Source: Psammoneis japonica
Taxonomy: Eukaryota
Reading direction: 5' to 3'
Length of the DNA: 64,000 bases
Assembly: GCA_008632985.1 (NCBI GenBank)
Contig: QPGO01000220.1
Location: forward strand, 1-64,000
Below are positions 48,387 through 61,292 of this stretch, one piece after another. How positions within the stretch are numbered: position 1 is the stretch's first letter; every line of letters starts with the position of its first letter. A model generated the notes under the pieces. It made no database searches. It had not been told where the DNA came from and was given only the letters and a program-made list of their open reading frames with translations. Position numbers and translations under genes: made by a program.

Positions 48387-49060
48387 GATTGTGTTTGTTT
48401 GAGATCCTATTGTAGAGAGAGAGAGAGAGAAACGCAAAAACGAAGAGTCCTGTGAGCAGTTGTGTCTATAAAAAAATAGAACAACGCCAGGAAAGAGACG
48501 AGGGGGGGATACACACGCGTAAACGCATGTCCCCATTGATCAAATGGCACGTCCAGTTTGTTGGACGCCCACTGTCAAAATGACCCCCTCACGCCGATAA
48601 CGCTGCTATCATTGTTGCATTGTCATGGCTTAGCCTCCGCCTTTTTTTGCGCCGTTCTTATACAATCTCGTCATGGTCAACCTACCTCTTGAGCAACAAC
48701 AAAAGTGAGCGGTGTTGGAGTTGAAGCGCTCACACATCAACAGTCGGTACTGCCTTTACGTAGAATTTGTCGTAGACAAACTTGCAAGAAAAAAGGTAAG
48801 CGGTAAAATTTCTAATAAGAAAAACAGTGATTTCAATACTAAACTAGTCAAGGATATTCCGTAAACGATCTGTTGAGATTTCCTATTCAAGAAGTCGGAT
48901 GCAACTTTCGTCTGTCTTTCTCGCGCACCTGCTTTCCATCGAAACAGAAAGATCCACACGCATAACCCATAACACAGCGACAGTCGACAGTAACAACAGC
49001 ATTGCTCCTGTTGTGTTGTGTGTGTTGCAACAGCTGTGTGTTACACTATCCATTTTCAAC

Positions 49061-50786
49061 ATGTCCATGATATACGGTACGTTTCCGGTCATTTTATCTA
49101 TAAAAATACTGTTGTAAGGAGCGCGTGTTCGCAAATAATCATTCTTGTTTGTTCCGTTCGCAATATACAGATGAATACGGCCGTCCCTTTATCATTCTAA
49201 AGGAGCAGCAGGCCAAGGCTCGCGTCAAGGGATTGGAGGCTCAAAAGTCCAACATTTTGGCGGCACGGTCCATTTCCAACATTTTACGCACCTCCCTCGG
49301 TCCCAAGGGTATGGATAAAATGATGGTAAGTCCCGACGGCGACGTGACTGTCACAAACGACGGTGCCACCATTCTGGATCGCATGGAAGTCAAGCATCAA
49401 GTTGCCAAGCTCTTGGTCGAGCTGAGTGCGTCCCAAGACGATGAAGTGGGTGACGGTACGACGGGTGTCGTTGTCTTGGCGGGTGCGCTCTTGGAACAAG
49501 CCGAGAAGTTACTCGATCGAGGTATTCATCCCGTGCGAGTGGCAGAAGGATTTGAAAAGGCAGCCGCCGTGGCCATGGAGACTCTCAAGGAGATTTCTGA
49601 TACGGTTGAATTTTCGGAAACCAACATTGAACCCCTCTTGACGACAGCCGAAACGACTCTCAACTCCAAGATTATCAATGTCAACAAGACCAAAATGGCA
49701 CAAATCGCCGTCCAAGCCGTACTGGACGTTGCCGATTTGGAACGTCACGATGTGAACTTTGACATGATTCGCATGGAGGGCAAGGCGGGAGGTGAATTGG
49801 CCGATACCGAACTCGTCAATGGCATTGTCATTGACAAGGACTTTTCGCATCCACAAATGCCCAAGTCCCTGACGGATCCGAAAATGTGTATTTTGACCTG
49901 TCCCTTTGAACCACCCAAACCCAAAACCAAACACAAGCTCGATATTACCTCGAAAGAAGCGTATGAAAAGCTCTATCAACAAGAACAAGACTATTTCAAA
50001 GAAATGGTCCAACAAGTCAAGGACAGTGGTGCCAATCTCGTGTTGTGTCAATGGGGTTTTGACGATGAAGCCAATCATTTGTTGTTACAGAATGGTTTGA
50101 ATGCCGTTCGATGGGTCGGTGGTGTTGAGATTGAACACTTGGCCATTGCCACGGGTGCACGCATTGTACCTCGCTTTTCCGAATTGTCACCCGACAAGCT
50201 GGGACACGCTGGATTGGTACGGGAAGTGTCGTTTGGGACGACACGTGAACGCATGCTTGTTTTGGAAGATTGTGCTCATCTCAAGGCCGTTACAGTGTTG
50301 GTCCGGGGTGGCAACAAGCTGATTGTTGAAGAAGCCAAACGGTCCTTGCACGATGCCATGTGTGTCGTGCGCAATCTCATTAAAGACAATCGTGTCGTGT
50401 ACGGTGGTGGTTCGGCGGAATTGGCGTGTTCCTTGGCGGTAAGCAAGTACGCGGATACCGTGACGGGTGTCGATCAGTATGCCATTCGGGCCTTTGCCAA
50501 TGCACTCGAAGACATTCCCCTGGCGCTTGCCGAGAATTCGGGATTGAGTCCCATGGATGAAGTGGCAGCGGCCAAGGCACGACAAGTCAAGGAGGACAGT
50601 CCCGTGATTGGATTGGGAGTGTTGGATCAAGAACCCAATGAGGATGGATTTCATTCTTGTGACATGAAAGAAATTGGTGTCTTTGAAACGTTGATTGGCA
50701 AACAAGAACAGTTTCAGCTTGCCACGCAAGTCGTCAAGATGATTCTCAAGATTGATGATGTCATTTCCATGGGGGAATATCAGTAA
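49061..50786 (+). CDS. CCT5: T-complex protein 1 subunit epsilon; exon 1 49061-49076, intron 49077-49170
   Basis: Spliced [56 protein letters not shown]. Confidence 0.97.
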
Positions 50787-51779
50787 GAAAGACCGAGAGA
50801 GGTGGGACGGGAGTGTGTGAGTACTGTGACGAGTGGCGGTCCTAGAGAAGCAAGGGAGAAAACAGGAGAAAGTAGAAAGCCTAGATATATCAATACAGGA
50901 GAAGGCACAAAATGTAGACACTACCGGATACTGAAACCGATTCTGGTGCATTTTCTGTTGCATAATTAGTTGGTCTTTGTTTTGATAACTAGTAGTAGAG
51001 GGTGGCTACTGCAGTGTCCATCTGTTAGGATGGACTATATACTGCTGTTCTTATGCTTGAGACAGGCCCTGTCATTATTAAGAAACCAGTCCGCAGCTAA
51101 AGGGTGCCGTACTAGTCCGTCGGTGCCGTAGTAGCATCCTTGGCCTTCGATCTGTCGATTGCGACACGAATAGTGCCATTAAAACTAATTTACGACGAGA
51201 CGGAGAAGNTTGATTAAATTTTCGTGATTATTTGATGTTTGAATTGTACAAGACTCTACTCATCTTGATCGAATGAAGGCAACAGCAGATTGCCCAACTG
51301 AACTAGAACAGCAAAGTATCTCCATGCGTTTCTCGTCTTGAATAGTTTCCTCGGCTTCAATTTTCCTTTCCCAATTGCCTCTACTTTCAAAAAGAAGGTG
51401 CCTCTTTTGGACTTTGCTTCAGAAACAACTCGATTTACATGTGCATAAAATGAGTTTGAGTTTGAGTGTCACGTGGATCTCTTATTCTCGTTCACATGTT
51501 GTTCGAAAACAATGACATGCTTCGGAATCAGCTCGATGTACACATGTATCCAATACAAGCTTTTGAATTCGAGACCCAACGCGATCAATCAAACTCTCGT
51601 TCCCTAAACGGTCGCACCTCTCATATCGATAGCAAAGGCCTGATTTTGGAAAAACCGAGCCAGAAAAACAAGTTTCAGCCGCATCCGCATAACAATACTC
51701 GGCAATCCTCCCCAGTCGAACATCTTGTTGGAAAACAATGGTCACAAGACTGCACTAACGATATCCCCCCATTAACACC

Positions 51780-52661
51780 TTACAAGTCGCATTCCGGATC
51801 ATCGTCAAAGATATCAATGAAAACCTGGAAGTGACCCGAGCCGAGCTCGTCCGAAAGGTGGTCATCGGTCGTCTGCTTCTCGCGTGCATCGCCCAATTTC
51901 ACGTCGTAGAACGGGACATAGTCATCGTCAAAATGGACCCTTAAAATCTTTGCCCTGAACGTCTCGTTGGAATGGCGATAATACACGTACTGTCCCTTCT
52001 TGAATTTGGACGTTGGCTCCTTCCAAGGCTTCTTGACATGGTCGTCGCGATGGCCAGACAGGTCGTCCTCGGTTGTTGGTAGATACGATCCCATCACGTG
52101 CATGTGAATGAGAAAGGCCAGTGCCACTCCCAACATGAGACGGAAGAGAAATCCCATGAGGCTACTGACATCGAAATTCTTGAAAGCCAGGCAGACGTTG
52201 AACAAGACGACGGCGGCGCTTGTCTTGTCGGCACGCTTGAACAAAGAAGCAACGCGCGTCCAGTCCACACGCTTGATGATTCCCTTCAATATGAAAACAG
52301 CAAGCTCCATACACTTCAGTAAGAATGACTTGAGCTTGATAAAGAAGAGATGGACTTTGCTCCAGATGGGAGACCCGACGATGGACGACCAGACCGAATT
52401 GAAAGTGGCGCTCGGAAAGCTCTGCCGCTTGATGAGCAACCAGGTGTCCATGAGTTTCATACACTCATCGTAAGCCATACAGAGAACCGCCGAGAATATC
52501 GTGATGGCAACTATGTTGAGATCTTGAAGCAACATGCAATATCCGAGCCAAAGAGCGGCACGAAGCCAATCGCACGCGCTCTTGCGATGAATCATAACTC
52601 CAATCAAGTCACGGTGGCTAATGCTGACCACGACGTTCATAAAGATAAGAGAAGACAACAT
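51780..52661 (-). CDS. Hypothetical membrane protein with C-terminal SH3/Tudor-like fold
   Basis: Several hydrophobic segments then F.KGQ.VYY...AKI..VH.DD..PFY.VKL..REKQT; start uncertain (ORF extends to 52808). Confidence 0.6.
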   Translation of the reverse strand: MLSSLIFMNVVVSISHRDLIGVMIHRKSACDWLRAALWLGYCMLLQDLNIVAITIFSAVLCMAYDECMKLMDTWLLIKRQSFPSATFNSVWSSIVGSPIWSKVHLFFIKLKSFLLKCMELAVFILKGIIKRVDWTRVASLFKRADKTSAAVVLFNVCLAFKNFDVSSLMGFLFRLMLGVALAFLIHMHVMGSYLPTTEDDLSGHRDDHVKKPWKEPTSKFKKGQYVYYRHSNETFRAKILRVHFDDDYVPFYDVKLGDAREKQTTDDHLSDELGSGHFQVFIDIFDDDPECDL

Positions 52662-54123
52662 GGTGATATTGTTGATGCGATACTTCACTTTCTTGCCAGA
52701 ACTGCGATTGTGAGACGAAGAAAGTGCGTGGCACAGTGCGTGCTTGCGTCTTTCGGATTTTCGCGTGAAGGCAATCGTGTCCGTCAAGTGCGAAGTTGGT
52801 TTTGACACAATTTAAACGGTACTGGGTCAATCAAAGTAATCATCTCGAATCCAAACTTGGAATGGCGCTACAATCTTCAGCGTCATGGCACAGCGCTTTT
52901 TCGTTCGCTCGTTTGCTCCTGGAGACTTTGCCAGAAATCTGTGTGAGGCAATCATTTTTGTCGTGCTTTCCGTTGACACGCATCTGACACTTACTTCTAT
53001 TTATAGTGGGGCTGTAGCGCCCAGCGCGGCTGAAACGCCTGACTTATGTGCGTACCAGCAAGAGAAGCCGACCAGGCAAGATCTGAATCTCCTGACCGAT
53101 GGCTCGACACCAGCAACGACCCAATACCAATAGTTCTATGACTCATCCAGCTTTGAAGGAAAATCAAGTCCAAACTTCTGACAACTCACTCAGCCNAAAC
53201 CTCAAGAAAGCAAAAATCAACAGCGATGGCAGAGAAAAATGGTTTTTGACAACAAGGGAAGCTGAGACACATCATCTGGGTGCCAGCCACTGATGTTGAG
53301 ATGCCAAGTGCCAAAATGCACATGGTGACACTCCACTCACATGATTCCATGCAACACAAGCACCATGTCATGTCCTCGTTGTGCTGTTCACCACTGCAGA
53401 AATGTTTGAAACGTGTTTTGTCAAAACTCGCTGCACACAGCTCGTCTGCCAACAAGGGCGCAGACAAAGCTTTGGAAAGCAGCGGCCCAAGAAAGCAATC
53501 CACCAACCCTTCCACGCCACACCCAGCGATGGCAAGAGTGCTCCCATTTCCATTTTTATAGAAAATTTAGATTCTCCGTTTCTTCCTTTGGAACCTTCTC
53601 CTGTCACAACCACAGAGCCCACCTCCAACCAGACACCACCAGCAGCATCGCGCCAAGGAGACTTTTTGAGACTGCCGGTTCATTTGCAAAATTCATTGAT
53701 CCCAATGATTCAGCTTCCTTTAGAGTCCCATTCCAAGACACCCAACATTTTTGGCAATCGACAAAATTAACTTGAAATTCACAATGTCTTCTGAACCACA
53801 ATCGCGCGAGAAATTGTGAGCTGCAGCAGCTTCTTCAAACATGGCCCACCACCACGACATCATCTGCTTCGCGAGAACATCGTACCACACAACAAGTCTA
53901 TTGGCAAACACACGACACCTCAAAGCTCTGCTGCAGGGCCTGGATGCCTTCTCCAACAAGTTCGCCACCGGCACTGCTGTGAACTTCCACAACACGCGGG
54001 GCAATAAATGTACGAAAAAAAAGCGCGAACAACCAGCGAAAGCTTGGCAACCCGGATCTCGGTATCCGAAACTTTCCATCCGACATGCGAACAGCACATC
54101 CAACATCAAAAACCGATTTCACC

Positions 54124-55378
54124 ATGATGAGACTGTGCTGCTTCAGGGCGCCACTTGTATGCATACTTTTATTCCTAATGAGTAGTCCATCCGAATCTTT
54201 TCAGAAAGCGTCTCTGGGCGTGAAAAAGAACCAATCAAAACCGTCTCCGCCAAGTCCAACCGAGCTACTGTCTAGTGCCAATGCCGCCTCGCAAGATACG
54301 AATCCATCAATCGATATCAAGGAAGATCAAGTAGAGCTTTCGACTGGTATAAAGGCTCAAGTACTGTCGTGTATACCGAGGAATCCTGGCAAGAAACTAC
54401 AACAACCGCCTCTGGTATTTATTCATGGATCGTTTCACGCGGCATGGTGCTGGACAGAACACTACTTTGAGTACTTTGTCTCACAAAACTATCCAGTCGT
54501 TGCCTTGAGTTTGCGTGGAACCGGTGGAAGCTTTGCCGGGGAGGGAGTGACAAAAGTTAAAATTGACGAGCACGCGGCTGACATTGCAAGCTTTGTCAAC
54601 GAGGAGCTTCCAAAATTAAAGCTCGGCAACCAGAAACCCATTCTCATTTCTCATTCGTTTGGAGGATTGGCCGTGATGAAGTATTTAGAAAAAAATCCAG
54701 AGTCAAAATTGGGAGGAGTCATTACCATGTGTTCTGTTCCACCGAGTGGAAATGGCAAAATGACAATGCGATTCTTGCGGAGATCCCTTGTTGACAGCTA
54801 CAAGATTACTGTTGGGTTGGCGATGAAGAAATGTACGTTTTCTGCAAAGTAGAAACAGGGTGAAAGGTGAAGCGCCTGGTCATGTGACATTTTCAATCTT
54901 TTGCCTGTCTGTCACTCATTTACCCCCTCGCTCTTGTCTATTAGGCATCGGAAATGCCAATCTATGTCGCCAACTGTTCTTTGGTGGCGAAAAGCAAACT
55001 TCAGAGGACGGCACGGTCATTGAAGATTATGGTGTATCAGACGACGATATTGAACGGTATCAGGGGTACTTTGCACGAGACACAGATGCTGTAATCGACG
55101 TGAGGGACCTTTTAAAGCACCTTCCCTCTGCGATGGCCGTCGATGGGAAGGCGCCTTTTCTGTCATCGCCAGGGTTCCCACCTTGCCTGGTGATTGGAGC
55201 CGAACGCGATTTTATCGTTGATAAGGAAGGAAACGAGGAGACCGCTAGATATTATGGTCTTGAAAGCGCCATCTTTGTCGATTCACCCCACGATGTCATG
55301 CTAGGACGGAATTGGGAGAAAGCAGCCAATCTCATACATGAATGGGTTCAAGAGAATGTAAACGCCGGTTCCAAGTAA
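54124..55378 (+). CDS. Alpha/beta hydrolase, 2 exons (intron 54833-54944)
   Basis: FIHGSFHAAWCW, SLRGTG.S, SHSFGG nucleophile elbow, D.IV, PHDVML; GT-AG splice restores frame. Confidence 0.9.
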
Positions 55379-55553
55379 GCAAATGATTGGCTAATCACTA
55401 CAGTACATACAACTAAACTGAAGATATTTTTATTGGTTTCATGTAAAATAGAGTTATAAGTACGATATGGCAAAAATATTGCACGGAATTAGGCAGAGTT
55501 ACGATTCAACCCTGCTCTGTGTATCATTCTGCTCTTCCCACGAGACACAACTT

Positions 55554-56255
55554 TTACTTCTGGTTTTGTTCTTCACAACAGCACTCTTCCGCTTCATCAT
55601 TTGAAGCAAACTCGCTCGGCATTAGTTTCCTTGTTGCCATGCGTGCAATTCGCCCGGGCTCGTAGCTTTCATCATCCGTGGCGAGTTCGTATCGGCAAAT
55701 GGGACAGGTGCAGTGCCGATTCAACCACGCCTCGATGCAAGCGCCGTGAAAGACATGTCCACACGGCAGTCGCGTCACAGCGTCACCCACGTTCTGCGTT
55801 TCACAACAAATCCCACAACTCCGATTATCCTCGTCCTCCATGTCGTGGCAAGTCAAGGCGATGCGAGGCAACTTGTCGAGCGCGTCTCCCGAAGCCGGAG
55901 GAGGACCGTTATTCCCACCGCCACCCGACGGGTCCATGGCTTCCATGTATAATTGCGCTTGACCCAGGAGACTCTGGAAGAAATCTTCCATGGCGGCGAG
56001 ACTTCGTTGGAGATTCTCAATTTCCATGCGTCGCTGGCGTTCTTGTTCGAGCGAACGCCCCTGAATTCCTGCGGGATGCCGCCTCCATCGTGCCCGATGA
56101 AAGTCTCGGGATTCATCCATGGCTTGCAGATCCGCAAAGTACCGGACGAGAGAAGAGCCATCGGTAGAGTCACTGTCCAAGTCGAATGGCCTCACGTCCG
56201 CCTGGTTTGACACGACTGCGTCCGTCGATCGATGAGAAGAGGAACACGCACCCAT
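55554..56255 (-). CDS. RING-H2 E3 ubiquitin ligase, possibly N-myristoylated
   Basis: MGACSSS N-terminus; GPPPAS; C-x2-C...LPCGHVFHGACIEAWL..HCTCPICR. Confidence 0.9.
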   Translation of the reverse strand: MGACSSSHRSTDAVVSNQADVRPFDLDSDSTDGSSLVRYFADLQAMDESRDFHRARWRRHPAGIQGRSLEQERQRRMEIENLQRSLAAMEDFFQSLLGQAQLYMEAMDPSGGGGNNGPPPASGDALDKLPRIALTCHDMEDEDNRSCGICCETQNVGDAVTRLPCGHVFHGACIEAWLNRHCTCPICRYELATDDESYEPGRIARMATRKLMPSEFASNDEAEECCCEEQNQK

Positions 56256-56967
56256 GATGCTGCGTGTGTGTATTGTGGCTGTAGTTGTGCGGATTCGTCT
56301 GGACGCTTTCACAAAAGCCTTATCTTTCCAGGGTACAACGTATAAGCAAGATTTTGTCAGTATACTGAACAGCGTGAGAGTAGAAGGGTTCCTTATGCCG
56401 CTGCGTTGCAGTTGTCATGGCCGCTGTTCGACAGAAAGATGTCGAATAATCGAGTGTCCGAACTTCTTGCTCGCGTCACTTTACAAGCTTCGGTCTGTCT
56501 GTACGGTACGTCTACACGATTTATGTACGGAGCGTCTTGCAGACGACCGATGATCGCAACGAGTTCTCATTCACTGGCGATGTCGTTTGGTGTCCCCTGC
56601 CCGTTATCTCTCTCATAGTAATGTAGCTCTACTCTACTAGCTAGAGAGTGTAGAGTAGAGGGACTCTGTTGAGATCAAAGTTGTGAGTGACAAAGTCACA
56701 CGTTTAGAATTAAAGGAACAGTACACTCTACCATAGGAACTAGGATTCACCATTTTTTCTAGCTCTCTCTCTCTTTGCCAACTTGTGAGGTGCGCTAGAG
56801 TAGAGTGTCGTTGGATAACCTCAACGTTATGAAACTTATGAATCAACTCGGGATTCTTCAAATAAGTGGCCTCGGGTGTTATTCAGGAGCAAGAATGTAC
56901 ATTTAAATTGAAACACCCCTCGGTGTCCCTCAATTCAATCATGCACAGGGGCGTTTTTGAAATTCGG

Positions 56968-57651
56968 TCAAGCTTTGTCGCATTCTTCTGGCGGTGCCGA
57001 GGGCTTCACTGGGTCTGACAAGACAGTAGCATGAACCATTGGAATTGCTGTTGTTGATCCGTTTTCGTTTGATTTGTCGATTCGAATGTCGACAGCCGAC
57101 GCGGTAGGAGAAGAAGCAAACATTGGTGTGCTGCATTCTGGTAGCAAGTAGTGCTCGTAAGAGCTGGTGGGTGGATATACTGTTGTCGATGGTGGAGGGG
57201 TTGTACTCTGGGTGGTCACTGACATGGAATAAGGCTCTTGTTGCAGTTGTTGTTGTTGAGGAAAATTAGAAACACGCCACGAATCACGATTGATGCCACG
57301 TTTTCGACACAAAATACAGCATCCAACGCCACAGGAGCAGCCCGTCACAGTCAATGCAAGAAATATCATTAGTCCAGCGAAAATCGACTCTCCCTCTGGG
57401 TCATCAAATGTACAATCAAGCTTGGAATCCAATGGTACTGTACCAGGACTGTGACTTGCACAGCTTACAAATTCCTCGTCACAAACACATCCGCTTGCCT
57501 CTTGACCACTGTTGCTTTTGCAATATATACATCCTTTACCAACGCAATCCTTACATGCAGATGATTGAACCTGACAAAGCGATGTAAAGAGCAAGAAGAC
57601 CGTCAATGAGAGTGCCATGGCGATATGTTTCGTTGATTGGAAATATGTCAT
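56968..57651 (-). CDS. Type I membrane protein with Cys-rich ectodomain and Pro-rich tail
   Basis: Signal peptide, CKDC..GCIYC ectodomain, TM followed by Cys cluster, P/Y-rich cytoplasmic tail. Confidence 0.7.
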   Translation of the reverse strand: MTYFQSTKHIAMALSLTVFLLFTSLCQVQSSACKDCVGKGCIYCKSNSGQEASGCVCDEEFVSCASHSPGTVPLDSKLDCTFDDPEGESIFAGLMIFLALTVTGCSCGVGCCILCRKRGINRDSWRVSNFPQQQQLQQEPYSMSVTTQSTTPPPSTTVYPPTSSYEHYLLPECSTPMFASSPTASAVDIRIDKSNENGSTTAIPMVHATVLSDPVKPSAPPEECDKA

Positions 57652-58746
57652 GATGTGTCATGTGTCGTGAGTGCTGCGTGCGGAGTTCGCGTCACCTTTC
57701 ACGACTCGAATCATCATCATCAACCATCACGAATGTGCCACGCCAATGGCGTTACTCACCGTGTGTCAAACTCTCTCATTTCTTACAATACCCACTTCTT
57801 AAAGTCGGTAATCATGTGCAACACAACATAAGCGATGACGTTGTGCGTCAACGCCAATATGTGATGTTGATGACTAAACCGCCGTGGTCGTACACAGACA
57901 AGTGCTGTTCTGACGTGACAGAATGAGATCCCCGTGTGCAACGCACAATCGACGCAGCCTTTTTTTATTCGCTACGATGAGTATCCTCGAAAATTGAGAA
58001 GAGATCATTCTCAAACATTCTTGCAAAATTCGTCGGCAAATATGCAAAAAGGATATCGACATAGAAAACAATGCCGAGAGAGACGTCGATGATCTCCTCG
58101 TCATGACGAGTGGACGACTCGTTGTTCATTGTGACAGCTGCCTTTGACAACGAATACCTGATTACCGGTCCTGCTTCTTTTCGATTTCTACTCTAATCGA
58201 TCACCCTTCCTGCACCGTTGCCTTGTTTTCCTCCCAAGTTTGTGAGGCGACTCATCATGATGGATGCGATGGATGGGGACCAACATCGACACAAATTTTG
58301 GCGCCAAAATTTGTATTATTAGTATGAATTTATTTTAAAATAAGTAATAGAAGGTTATACATATGCCCTGCTGACGTTGCATAAAATGTAATATAAATAT
58401 ACTAATATAATATATATTTTGAAAGTGGGACTTCCCTCCGACAAGTTTATGAATGTATTCATATTTAAAGATAAAGAAAAGGAAGATATGCGAGATGATG
58501 AACCTGGTGTGATTTCATCATCATTCTCATTACCTAGCTAGTTAAGGTTAGTCTTGAAGGGGAGGAAACAACTCATTATACGGTAGCTTAACGAGTAATG
58601 AGTAGGCCAAGCAACAAACTTGATCATATGGGATGACTCATGGATATCAAAAATTCTTGGGTTGACTAGTGTATGAGCAACAAAAGGGAAACACGAACAT
58701 AAACGTGGCAATCTCATCAGTGTAGAATTCACTCGAGGCTCTATAG

Positions 58747-59709
58747 TTACGGTGCTAAACCTTCACGAAGAAGTGAATGATGTGATGGACTACGATCAGT
58801 AGTCGCAAGGCGCCCAAACGAAGGCAACTCGCCATTGAAATACTTTCGTGCTACCGACACGCTGATGCTCTCGTTTGATATTCCGTCCAGATCAAACTTC
58901 CATTGCATACCAAGCGTCTCTCCAACCCTAGTGAGATGATCCTTTGTTTCTGTCGATAGCAAGTGGTTGGTGAGCATTACGTAAATACCATTGTAGCATA
59001 TAGCTTGACTAGCTTGCTCCATCAACGCGTCCAGATCGTCACTTCCAAGCGCGTCTCCATTGGAAAGTATGGCGTTTGCCAAACCTCTGTCCAAAATACA
59101 ATCATACGAGGATTCAATAGCATCATTGTGAACCATGGAAGTGAATTTGGAGGCAACGAGTGGGCTAACGGAGACACCCTCTGTTGCTACAAGCTGCTTG
59201 CCGTCGTCATTGGAAAGGTTATTTTCTGAAGCAGACCAATCTTTTTGATCACGCTCGTTGACCTCTTGAGTTTCCTCTATTAAGAAGCGTGTTGTTACTT
59301 TTGCTTGCTGATGCTGGTCCCACGGGAGACGACTTCTACTATTGACGTTGTCCAACATATCTCCAACCAACAGACAATTCAAATTCTCTGAGAATTGTGG
59401 TAGAAAGTCGGTGAATCCGTTCCTCGAAAAGGAATAATGCCACTCTTTCCAAGAATCTTCATCTTCATCATTCCACAGCACGGGTGGTGTGGACTGTATT
59501 GTCGTCAGCTTGTCGTTGCGCTCGTCAAAAGTGAGAGCGTCGTTGCGATTTCCCCACGCGATAATGCGGTGTTCAACACTTGCAGATCTTGAGAGTCTGC
59601 CAGCAGAAAAGGAGTCGACGTTATCGAAAAAAGCGCCACAAGTAGTAAACACTATAGCTATGATTGATCCAAGCCCCATATCCGAAAATCCAGGACGGGC
59701 GGTAGTCAT
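58747..59709 (-). CDS. Hypothetical protein with divergent class I SAM-methyltransferase-like C-terminus, possibly plastid-targeted
   Basis: Signal-like segment ending VDSF; YDCILDRGLANAIL and NGIYVMLT resemble the FD.IIDKG.LDA / GG.Y motifs. Confidence 0.55.
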   Translation of the reverse strand: MTTARPGFSDMGLGSIIAIVFTTCGAFFDNVDSFSAGRLSRSASVEHRIIAWGNRNDALTFDERNDKLTTIQSTPPVLWNDEDEDSWKEWHYSFSRNGFTDFLPQFSENLNCLLVGDMLDNVNSRSRLPWDQHQQAKVTTRFLIEETQEVNERDQKDWSASENNLSNDDGKQLVATEGVSVSPLVASKFTSMVHNDAIESSYDCILDRGLANAILSNGDALGSDDLDALMEQASQAICYNGIYVMLTNHLLSTETKDHLTRVGETLGMQWKFDLDGISNESISVSVARKYFNGELPSFGRLATTDRSPSHHSLLREGLAP

Positions 59710-59958
59710 TGTAGCCAATGTTCTGTCGGAACAAATTTTTGGTGACACCAACAAGCTGTCACAAAGCCAACAGCTATTGCCGCGGCCCATATGGGCTCGT
59801 TTGGACTTTCTCAAAACCGCCCGAGCAAATTCACAATGTAACACGACAACAACAACAACTACTGTGAACGCCGCCAGAGAATTCAAGGAGGTTCCTATCT
59901 TTAGTTGAATATCTTTCACATTGCTCTTACGTAAAAGGATTAAAAGCAACAAAGAAGC

Positions 59959-60474
59959 ATGGTGCAATTGACGGCAGCTGTGACTCTCCAAGTGCAAGCG
60001 CCTCTGGCCATTGTCTGGGACGTGATTCAAGATTTCGAGTCTCTCCCAGAGTACAATCCCACCTATCTCAGCATTGAACGAATCGGAAAAGAGGGTGGAG
60101 AAACAAATGATCATGCCGATCCTATTCAACTCAACGACAAATTTCGAGCTGTACGGCAAGGTGGCAAGGTGGATATCAAGGTTGTCTCGGCCATTTCTTC
60201 TACACCCAACGACGACGAATGTTCCATTTCTTTTGTCGAAAGCTGCACCAGCACGTATACATTGACTCTCAAGGCTATCGATTCGAAGAGCTGCTTTTTG
60301 ATTGGCAGTTTTGGGGCGTCTCCCAACCGTGCCATTACGAGATTTATGATTTCCTTGTGCAGTCCATGCTTTCGAAAATTGGCGGCCAAGGAATTTGCAA
60401 GACTCGAGCTGGAACCTGTCCGGATAGAAGCTGAAGCTCGACTGCGAGGTCAGAAGCGACAGCAGCAAGTGTGA
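59959..60474 (+). CDS. SRPBCC / polyketide-cyclase-like (START fold) protein
   Basis: VQAPLAIVWDVIQDFESLPEYNP N-terminal motif and C-terminal long helix. Confidence 0.75.
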   Translation: MVQLTAAVTLQVQAPLAIVWDVIQDFESLPEYNPTYLSIERIGKEGGETNDHADPIQLNDKFRAVRQGGKVDIKVVSAISSTPNDDECSISFVESCTSTYTLTLKAIDSKSCFLIGSFGASPNRAITRFMISLCSPCFRKLAAKEFARLELEPVRIEAEARLRGQKRQQQV

Positions 60475-61292
60475 TTGGTGCGTTTTGTAACATGAAGGGA
60501 AAAAAGAGAAAGGCTTGATTTATTTGTACAGCGTAGACGCGACTTCGATCCAGGACGTATGGTATGATCCACGCCGTTTTTCGATTTGCGTTTGTTGCAA
60601 CAAAAGATGCAATGTTTCATAACATGTTCAGAGCAGCGAGCTCAAAACAAAGAGGAGGACGTTTCCATGAAGACTAAGCCGCCCAAAAATTGATCCCAGC
60701 GTGCGAAAAGTGCACCAGGATCATGGAGGTCCGTCGCAACTGGGATGGCGGGTATTCTTTACCAACGCAATGCTGACGCAGGACTTTGTCTCCAACTTGG
60801 ACTTCGATATGCAGCTGTAAGAACGTGAAGGGATCTTGTTGAAGGCATAGCTGTCACGAAAGCCGACTCCTCTTAGTGACTTGACTGCACCACGCACCTG
60901 GCCACCTTGGCCTTGGTCCTCGTCCACTCATCTCCTCCTTTTTGTCCCTGCTCTGTCTCCTAGTCCCACGTTGGCAGCACCACTCATCATTCTGCATACT
61001 TCCACCATTCCTTCATTTGGAAGGCCAATCAGCTTCACGACTTTCGCTGCAAAGTTCAATCCAAGCTTTCAAAGGCCCTGAGAACTGAGAACGTTATGTT
61101 CTATCCCCGCGCTTCTTTACGCACCTCCGCATCTGCATGCCGGCCCCGCGAGGCCGGCCCGAGGCGCAATGCGCCGGTGCTCGGTGCACAACTTCACTAC
61201 AAAACCTCAAATAGCATGTTGACCACAACCACATCTATTCTTGTTTAGTCTTTGACGAAGCAACATACACCTCCCAACATTTTGTTGTCATA

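Noticed and set aside
58747..60468. 573-aa minus-strand ORF as a single gene
   Set aside because: Its 5' part is antisense to the SRPBCC gene; the credible start is near 59709.
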